From the NCBI GenBank assembly GCA_047285805.1, contig JBJBCN010000003.1, positions 1 through 64,000 on the forward strand: a stretch of DNA of 64,000 nt, in the 5' to 3' direction. Below are positions 57,527 through 64,000 of this stretch, one piece after another (the first letter of the stretch is position 1; every line of letters begins with the position of its first letter). This stretch comes from Synechococcus sp. (GTDB lineage: Bacteria; Cyanobacteriota; Cyanobacteriia; PCC-6307; Cyanobiaceae). Under the pieces are notes generated by a model. The model saw only the letters and a program-made list of their open reading frames with translations. It was not told the DNA's origin and searched no databases. The position numbers and the translations under genes are program-made.

Positions 57527-58417
57527 TCAGTGCAAGGACTGACCCGGTGCTGCTGGCGGTGCATCAGAGCCCTCCAGCAAATACCGCGGTTGACAATCAT
57601 ACCAGGCAGTCCTTGGGAAGATCTCACTCGGGTAGCCCACCCGAAGCAGGCACAAACCCTGCGGGGGAGCGGCTTCTTTGACCTCGTCACGGGCCTGACT
57701 ACGCCAGCGACGACGGAATGCCTCCAGGCTGAGCCGGCCCTCGCCAACGGCCACGAGCTGGCCCATCATCAGGCGCACCATCCCGTAGAGGAAACCACTG
57801 GCCTGGAGCTCCACCTCCAGCAGATCGCCCCGACGCAGCACCGAGACCTCTTGCAGGGTCGTACGGGAATGGGAGCGGGCGCTGCCAGCACGCTCAAAGG
57901 CCGCGAAGTCGTGCTCCCCGAGCATGTCCTCGAGGGCCACTAGCATCCGACCCTCTTCGAGCTGGAACTGATAGCGGTGCCAACTCCAGGGGTCCAGAAA
58001 GAGGTTCGGAATCCGAGCGTTGTAGATCGTGTAGCGGTAGCGCCGGTAGGTGGCCGAAAAGCAGGCGTGCCAGTCCGGCGCCACCGACGCCGCAGAACGC
58101 ACCCGGATGTTGGCCGGGAGACGGCCATTCAGGGCCGCGGGCCAGCGATGGGCGGGAATCGGACCGACGCAGTCAAAGTGAACGACCTGGCCTGAGGCAT
58201 GGACACCGCTATCAGTCCTGCCCGCCGCCACCACGGTGGCCGGTCCGCCAGGGTCCAATTGGGCCAGAGCAGCTTCGAGTGTTTCTTGAACGCTCGGGTC
58301 CCGGGGCTGACGCTGCCAGCCGCAGTAGGAAGAACCGTCGTACTGAAGACAGAGGGCGATCCGCCTGCGCTGCTCAGTGGGCGTGCTGTCGGTCAAGGCT
58401 GATGCCTCTAAAGCCAT
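57527..58417 (-). CDS. truA: tRNA pseudouridine(38-40) synthase
   Basis: [18 protein letters not shown] and FLYGMVR. Confidence 0.96.
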   Translation of the reverse strand: MALEASALTDSTPTEQRRRIALCLQYDGSSYCGWQRQPRDPSVQETLEAALAQLDPGGPATVVAAGRTDSGVHASGQVVHFDCVGPIPAHRWPAALNGRLPANIRVRSAASVAPDWHACFSATYRRYRYTIYNARIPNLFLDPWSWHRYQFQLEEGRMLVALEDMLGEHDFAAFERAGSARSHSRTTLQEVSVLRRGDLLEVELQASGFLYGMVRLMMGQLVAVGEGRLSLEAFRRRWRSQARDEVKEAAPPQGLCLLRVGYPSEIFPRTAWYDCQPRYLLEGSDAPPAAPGQSLH

Positions 58418-58451
58418 AAAAAACCGCGCGGAAGACGGCCCTCCGCGCGGT
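58418..58451 (-). terminator. Terminator after rplQ
   Basis: Minus strand ACCGCGCGGA...TCCGCGCGGT-TTTTT. Confidence 0.8.
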
Positions 58452-58481
58452 GGTGCTGATCAAGCGAAGGATCTCTTGAGA

Positions 58482-58832
58482 TCAGACGAGCTCGATGATC
58501 GCCATTTCAGCGTTGTCACCACGGCGGGGGACAGTGCGGATAATGCGGGTGTAGCCGCCATTGCGGTCGCCGTAACGCTCCTGGGCCTTGTCGAACAGGG
58601 CATGCACCAGTTGCTTGTCGTAGATGTAGCCGATGGCGCGGCGACGGGCAGCCAGGCTGCCGTCCTTGGCCAGGGTGATCATGCGCTCGGCTTCGTCACG
58701 GAGGGCCTTGGCACGGGCCTTGGTGGTGGTCAGACGACCCTCACGGATCAGCTGGGTGGTCAGGGCACGAAGCATGGCTTTGCGCTGGTCGGCGGGACGC
58801 CCCAATTTGGGGACTCGGCACTGGTGACGCAT
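58482..58832 (-). CDS. rplQ: 50S ribosomal protein L17
   Basis: MRH..KLGR and RNGGYTRI. Confidence 0.98.
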   Translation of the reverse strand: MRHQCRVPKLGRPADQRKAMLRALTTQLIREGRLTTTKARAKALRDEAERMITLAKDGSLAARRRAIGYIYDKQLVHALFDKAQERYGDRNGGYTRIIRTVPRRGDNAEMAIIELV

Positions 58833-58877
58833 GACTAAATCGGATGAAACGAGGGAGGGACAGATGCTTCTGCGCGA

Positions 58878-59816
58878 TCAGGCGCTGGTGCGGCTCTGGG
58901 GCAGGGAGATACCGATGCGCTCGAGGGCCTCGATCACCTCGTCGGCCGACTTGGAACCGAAGTTCTTGATTTCGAGCAGATCTTCGTAGCTAAAGCCCAT
59001 CAGGTCAGACACGGAGTTGACTTGGGCGCGCTTCAAGCAGTTGTAGGCGCGAACCGAAAGGTTCAGCTCTTCCAGGGGGATCTGAGCTTCGGCGGAGGGC
59101 TCAGGCTCCTTGCTTTGCTCCTCTTCCATGGTCAGGGTCGCCATGGGCTGGATAAGGGTGATCAGCTGGTTGGCGGCCTGCGCCATCGCGTCGTCAGGTG
59201 TCAGAGAGCCATCGGTCTGGATCTCCAGACGGATGCGCTCACGGGCAGAACCACCTTCGCCAACCGCGGTCTCATCGATCGTGTAGTTGGCGCGCTGGAC
59301 GGGCATGAAGACGGCGTCGATCTGAAGGAGATCTACGGCGCTGGTGTCCTCGACACGGCGGTCAACCGGGCGATAGCCAACGCCACGCTCGACATGAACT
59401 TCCAGCTCCAGGCTATGGCCCTCGGCAACGGTGGCGATCGGACGCTCGGGGTCGATCACGCTGACCTGGGAGGAGAACTGCAGGTCGCCAGCGGTCACGG
59501 TGGCGGGACCGTTGACCACCAGGCGGCCGATCTCCAGCTCGCGGGTACGGCTGTTGACGGCGACGTCCTTGCAGTTCAGCAAGATATCGAGCACGTCCTC
59601 GCGGACGCCGGGGACGGTGGCGTATTCGTGGTTGACTCCGGCGATGCGCACGGCGGTGATAGCGCTGCCCTCAAGGGCGCCCATCAGCATGCGACGTAGG
59701 GAGTTACCCAAGGTGGTCGCCTGGCCACGCTCAAGGGGGCCAATGACGAAGACGCCGGTTTGTGAACGGTCGTCAGCGATCTGGTGTTCAACCCGATCGA
59801 TCTGGTACTGCAACAC
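58878..59816 (-). CDS. rpoA: RNA polymerase alpha subunit
   Basis: [13 protein letters not shown] and [10 protein letters not shown]. Confidence 0.98.
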   Translation of the reverse strand: MLQYQIDRVEHQIADDRSQTGVFVIGPLERGQATTLGNSLRRMLMGALEGSAITAVRIAGVNHEYATVPGVREDVLDILLNCKDVAVNSRTRELEIGRLVVNGPATVTAGDLQFSSQVSVIDPERPIATVAEGHSLELEVHVERGVGYRPVDRRVEDTSAVDLLQIDAVFMPVQRANYTIDETAVGEGGSARERIRLEIQTDGSLTPDDAMAQAANQLITLIQPMATLTMEEEQSKEPEPSAEAQIPLEELNLSVRAYNCLKRAQVNSVSDLMGFSYEDLLEIKNFGSKSADEVIEALERIGISLPQSRTSA

Positions 59817-59872
59817 GGTCTGAAGCTCAGATAGGTGGATGGCCCCCCTCTGGGGCTAGTCGATGCGTCGAA

Positions 59873-60265
59873 TCAGACCCGGCGACGCTTGGAACGGCGG
59901 CAACCGTTGTGGGGCAGCGGGGTGACGTCACGGATCAGGGTTATCTCGAGACCAGCAACCTGCAAAGCACGGATGGCGGTTTCACGACCGGAACCAGGAC
60001 CGCGAACCAGCACCTCGATTTGGCGCATCCCCTGCTCAAGGGCGCGACGGGCAGCTGCTTCAGCGGCGGTTTGGGCAGCGAAGGGAGTGCCTTTACGGGC
60101 GCCCTTGAAACCGCTTGCACCAGCAGAGCTCCAGGAGATCACTTCACCAGCGGTGTCAGTAATGGAGACGATGGTGTTGTTGAACGTGCTCTGGATGTGG
60201 GCAACGCCGTTAGGGACGTTGCGCTTCGTCCTCTTGGAACCAGACTTTTTGGCGGGCTTGGCCAT
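59873..60265 (-). CDS. rpsK: 30S ribosomal protein S11
   Basis: STFNNT and [11 protein letters not shown]. Confidence 0.98.
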   Translation of the reverse strand: MAKPAKKSGSKRTKRNVPNGVAHIQSTFNNTIVSITDTAGEVISWSSAGASGFKGARKGTPFAAQTAAEAAARRALEQGMRQIEVLVRGPGSGRETAIRALQVAGLEITLIRDVTPLPHNGCRRSKRRRV

Positions 60266-60387
60266 GGATAAAGCCCTGCAAAAGCAGGGAGGTGATCGGG
60301 GGTCTTAAGGGAGCGACCTGGTGACGACGGCATGCATTGACCGAACGGCAGGCGCTATGGGGCCAAAGGCCTGAAGCAAGGGGTGGC

Positions 60388-60753
60388 TTACTTCTTCTTA
60401 CCGGCCACTGTCTTGCGGCTACCGCGGCGAGTCCGGGCGTTGGTGCGGGTGCGCTGACCGCGGACTGGTAGACCGACGCGGTGGCGACGACCACGTACGC
60501 AGCCGATGTCCTGGAGGCGCTTCATGGCCATGCCCTGTTGACGACGCAGGTCGCCCTCAAGGGTGTAGCTCTCGGTTGCACCGCGAAGCTTTTGAACGTC
60601 GGAATCATCCAGATCCTTGACACGGGTGTCGGGGTTCACACCGGTCTTGGTCAGAATCTTTTGGGCCGTGGTCAGGCCGATTCCGTAGACGTAGGTCAGG
60701 GCGATTTCGATCCTCTTGTCGCGAGGAATATCAACGCCGGCAATACGAGCCAC
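60388..60753 (-). CDS. rpsM: 30S ribosomal protein S13
   Basis: ARIAGVDIP and [12 protein letters not shown]. Confidence 0.98.
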   Translation of the reverse strand: MARIAGVDIPRDKRIEIALTYVYGIGLTTAQKILTKTGVNPDTRVKDLDDSDVQKLRGATESYTLEGDLRRQQGMAMKRLQDIGCVRGRRHRVGLPVRGQRTRTNARTRRGSRKTVAGKKK

Positions 60754-60869
60754 TGAAAAAACGTTGGGGTGAGCAGGGGAAAGGGCTGTACGGGGGCCTC
60801 GGAAGGAACCGAGGTCAACGATCAAGCCGGGTTTTGGTCCAAACGGACCGGGGCAAGGTCAGCGGGGGA

Positions 60870-60983
60870 TCAACCCTGGCGCTGCTTGTGCTTCGGGTTG
60901 GCGCAGATGACCATCACCCGACCGTGCCGGCGAATCACGCGGCACTTGTCGCACATTTTCTTGACCGAGGCACGCACCTTCAT
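60870..60983 (-). CDS. rpmJ: 50S ribosomal protein L36
   Basis: [14 protein letters not shown]...HKQRQG. Confidence 0.98.
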   Translation of the reverse strand: MKVRASVKKMCDKCRVIRRHGRVMVICANPKHKQRQG

Positions 60984-61029
60984 GGGAGCGGTCTCTCCAA
61001 AATTCCAAACAGCGAACTTACCACAGGAG

Positions 61030-61578
61030 TCAACCCAACAGGGCTGCGATCCGCTCCTCAATAGCCTCGACCGTGCCGGCCGCTTCGACGGGAGCAATTA
61101 GCCCACGCTCGCGGTAGTAAGCGATCAGAGGCTCGGTTTGCTCGCGGTAGACCTCAAGGCGATGGCGGATGACCTCCTCGTTGTCGTCGGCCCGCCCGCG
61201 TGAAAGCAGACGCTGCACAAGAAAGCCGTCATCGAGTTCCATCAGAACGACGAGCTCGATCTGCTGGCCAAGCTCCTCGAGCAGGCTGGCCAGGGCATCG
61301 GCCTGGGCGACGTTGCGGGGAAAACCATCCAGCAGCCAGCCACCGCTGTGTTTTTGCAGCCGGCTGCGGACGATGGCCAACACCAGGGCATCGCTCACCA
61401 GCTCGCCGCGGGCCATGACCGCCTCGGCCTCTTTTCCCAGCTCACTGCCGGCAGCGACTTCAGCGCGCAGGAGATCGCCGGTGGAGAGATGGAGCAGCCC
61501 TTGGCTCTCGGCCAACTTCTGGGCTTGGGTGCCCTTGCCCGCACCGGGGGGGCCAAGAAAGAGGAGACGTTGCTTCAT
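61030..61578 (-). CDS. adk: Adenylate kinase (short LID)
   Basis: [17 protein letters not shown] and LDGFPR. Confidence 0.97.
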   Translation of the reverse strand: MKQRLLFLGPPGAGKGTQAQKLAESQGLLHLSTGDLLRAEVAAGSELGKEAEAVMARGELVSDALVLAIVRSRLQKHSGGWLLDGFPRNVAQADALASLLEELGQQIELVVLMELDDGFLVQRLLSRGRADDNEEVIRHRLEVYREQTEPLIAYYRERGLIAPVEAAGTVEAIEERIAALLG

Positions 61579-61613
61579 GGCAGGAAGAGAGAAAACACCA
61601 GGGGGCAGGGGAA

Positions 61614-62930
61614 CTACTGGCGAACCATGCCTTCGTAGCGCTGCGAAATCACAGCGGTTTGCAATTGCTTCGCGGTCTGGATGGCGACGCCGACCAGGAT
61701 CAGCATGCTGGTAGCGCCGAGGCCTTGAAAGGTCTGAACGCGGGTGGCGGACTCAACCGCGGAGGGCACGATGGCGACCGCCCCGAGAAAGAGGGCACCC
61801 AACAGGGTTAGACGGTTCTGGATTCCGGTCAGGTAAGCCGTGGTGGCCGAGCCGGGACGGACTCCAGGGATGGCGACCCCACCCCGCTTCAGGTTCGAGG
61901 CCACATCGACCGGGCGAACCGTCAGGGTGGCGTAGAAGAACGAGAAGCCAATGATCAAACCGAAGAACACCAATGCATAGACCCAAGGGGTGCTGCTGTT
62001 GGGGCTCAAGAAACTGGCGATCTGAATCAGGGTCGGGTTCTTGCTGAAGTTGGCGATCTGCAGGGGCAGGAAGACCACAGCTGAAGCAAAGATGATTGGC
62101 ATCACGCCGCCGGCATTGAGCTTCAGAGGTAGATAGCTCTGACGGGCGGAGATCCCTGCTCCACCGACCTGGCGCTTGGCGCTGACGATGGGGATGCGAC
62201 GACTGCCCTCCTCGACGCAGACAATGCCAACGATGGTGATCAAGAAGACCGCCACAAGAACAACGATGCCGCCAACGGCCTCGCGGCCTCCGGTTTGGGC
62301 CAGCTCAATGGTGGAATCGAGAGCCCGCGGAAGGGTCGCGACGATGTTCAGATAGATGACCAGGGACGCGCCCTGGCCAATGCCGCGCTCGGTGATGACC
62401 TCACTGAGCCACATCACCACCATCGAACCGGTCACCAGGGCAATCGCCGTCTGGGCGACGAACACCAAGTCCGGCGTCCCGGGTAGCGCGTAGGGCCTCA
62501 GGATCAGGGCAAAAACGATGCTCTGAAAAAGACCCCAGCCCAGGGCCACATAGCGGGTGTACTGGGCAATCTTGCGGCGGCCCGCCTCACCCTCGTTCTT
62601 CTGCAGATCCTCCAGCTGGGGTAAAGCCGAAGTCAGCAGCTGAATGATGATTGAGGCGTTGATGAAGGGAAGGATCCCCAGGGCAAAGACACCGAGGGCG
62701 GAGATGCCACCGCCCGTGAAGATGTCGAGGAAGCCCAGCAGAGACCCGCCCTGAGCCGCGAACGCCTGGAAGGCAGCACGGTCGATCCCGGGCACGGGGA
62801 TATAGATGCCCAGACGCACCAGGAGCAGAAGCCCCAAGGTAATGAGAACCCTGTTGCGCAGGTCCTTGGCTTGAACCAGCTGCGTAAGGATTTCACCGGC
62901 ACTGGGGTTACGCCCCCGGCTGACGACCAT
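61614..62930 (-). CDS. secY: Preprotein translocase SecY
   Basis: LGILPFINASII, GVMPIIFA and IPGVRPG. Confidence 0.98.
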   Translation of the reverse strand: MVVSRGRNPSAGEILTQLVQAKDLRNRVLITLGLLLLVRLGIYIPVPGIDRAAFQAFAAQGGSLLGFLDIFTGGGISALGVFALGILPFINASIIIQLLTSALPQLEDLQKNEGEAGRRKIAQYTRYVALGWGLFQSIVFALILRPYALPGTPDLVFVAQTAIALVTGSMVVMWLSEVITERGIGQGASLVIYLNIVATLPRALDSTIELAQTGGREAVGGIVVLVAVFLITIVGIVCVEEGSRRIPIVSAKRQVGGAGISARQSYLPLKLNAGGVMPIIFASAVVFLPLQIANFSKNPTLIQIASFLSPNSSTPWVYALVFFGLIIGFSFFYATLTVRPVDVASNLKRGGVAIPGVRPGSATTAYLTGIQNRLTLLGALFLGAVAIVPSAVESATRVQTFQGLGATSMLILVGVAIQTAKQLQTAVISQRYEGMVRQ

Positions 62931-62950
62931 GGCAGGTGTTAACGAACAAG

Positions 62951-62987
62951 AAAAAACCGTCTTGTGATCCATCGATCACCAGACGGC
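62951..62987 (-). terminator. Terminator-like hairpin between rplO and secY
   Basis: Minus strand CCGTCT-GGTGATC..GATCAC-AAGACGG-TTTTTT. Confidence 0.65.
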
Positions 62988-63019
62988 ATTGACCTTAATG
63001 GGCCATGGACAAGCGGAGA

Positions 63020-63472
63020 TCAGATCTCTTCGCAGGTACCACCGGCAGCTTCGATCTTCTGGCGGGCAGAAGCGGTGAAAGCGACCGCTTGAACGGTCAG
63101 CTTCACGCTGAGATCACCATTACCCAGGACCTTCAGGGGGTGCTTGGGGTTAGTCACCAGGCCATCCTTGACCAGGGTATCGATGTTGACGGTGCTGCCG
63201 GCTTTGAGCTCGGACAGCTTCGCAACGTTGATCACCGTGTAGTTCTTCGGATTGATGACGGTGAAGTGCTTGAGCTTCGGCACCCGGCGATACAGAGGCA
63301 TCTGACCACCTTCGAAGCCAGGACGGGTCGGGCGACCCGAACGAGACTTCTGGCCACGCATACCGAAACCACAGCTGGCGCCTTGGCCAGCGGCGATACC
63401 GCGACCCTTACGTAGCTTGCGGCGACGGGAGCCGGCTTGCGGCTTGAGAGTTTGGAGGTTGAGCGATGTCAT
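63020..63472 (-). CDS. rplO: 50S ribosomal protein L15
   Basis: [12 protein letters not shown]. Confidence 0.98.
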   Translation of the reverse strand: MTSLNLQTLKPQAGSRRRKLRKGRGIAAGQGASCGFGMRGQKSRSGRPTRPGFEGGQMPLYRRVPKLKHFTVINPKNYTVINVAKLSELKAGSTVNIDTLVKDGLVTNPKHPLKVLGNGDLSVKLTVQAVAFTASARQKIEAAGGTCEEI

Positions 63473-63480
63473 GGCGGGCC

Positions 63481-64000
63481 TCAGGAGTAGATCTGCTCAA
63501 GGGAGATGCCACGCTCCTTGGCGGTCTCCTTGTGGGTGCGCAGGCCAGCCAGGGCATCCATGGCGGCGCGGGCGTTGTTAAGGGGGGTCTTGGAGCCTAG
63601 GCGCTTGGCCAGCACGTTCTTAATGCCGGCCAGCTCAAGTACCGTGCGGATAGAACCACCCGCGATCACACCGGTACCAGGGGCAGCGGGGCGGATCAGG
63701 ACGCTGGCAGCGCCGTCTCGACCATTGCTCAGGGTGGGGATCGAGGAGTGGCGGGTCAGGGGCACCTTGACCAGGTGCTTCTTGCCATCAGCAACGCCCT
63801 TGCGAACGGCACCGATCACGTCGCCGGCTTTGCCGACACCGACGCCCACCTGGCCTTTCTCGTTGCCGACGACAACGATGGCCCGGAAGCTCATTTTCTT
63901 ACCGCCCTTCACGGTCTTGGAGACGCGGCGGATTTGCACCACGCGCTCTTGCCACTCGGAGTCGCGCTCCTGGCCACGGCGGCCACGGCGGTCGCCACCG
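63481..64000 (-). CDS. rpsE: 30S ribosomal protein S5 (5' end outside the window)
   Basis: [18 protein letters not shown] and GTGVIAGG. Confidence 0.98.
   Translation of the reverse strand, partial: GGDRRGRRGQERDSEWQERVVQIRRVSKTVKGGKKMSFRAIVVVGNEKGQVGVGVGKAGDVIGAVRKGVADGKKHLVKVPLTRHSSIPTLSNGRDGAASVLIRPAAPGTGVIAGGSIRTVLELAGIKNVLAKRLGSKTPLNNARAAMDALAGLRTHKETAKERGISLEQIYS

Noticed and set aside
60984..61029. No infA between adk and rpmJ, and no rpsD in the alpha cluster
   Set aside because: As recalled, this is the usual arrangement for this cyanobacterial lineage

Overview
This is a GC-rich picocyanobacterial chromosome segment (Synechococcus/Cyanobium-like, judged from psaL/psaI, petBD, the 16S/ITS layout and gene order). 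Most of it is core genome: pgm, an RND efflux pair, rarA, bcp, coaX, cysH, hflX, anmK, an ABC-F ATPase, hrpB, xseAB, a complete minus-strand rRNA operon with tRNA-Ile and tRNA-Ala, a GH100 invertase, petBD, ctpA, minCDE, tRNA-Thr, psaLI, tRNA-Ser, alr, prfA and the distal spc/alpha ribosomal protein cluster. The accessory or under-annotated parts are: (i) an AT-richer islet at the left end; (ii) a decayed phospholipase D + two chromate-transporter operon inserted antisense between minC and minD; (iii) a frameshifted small LuxR-type regulator; (iv) a 33-aa DUF4278 peptide behind a glutamine-II (Downstream-peptide) riboswitch and an NtcA box, missed by the ORF track; (v) a 57-aa CX3C-X6-CX3C peptide; (vi) a Nif11-like protein ending in GG-L; (vii) a stand-alone GgpPS-like HAD phosphatase; (viii) a tandem structured repeat in the rRNA leader. 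I saw no CRISPR array, IS element or prophage. Family assignments come from motifs and recall, not from database searches.
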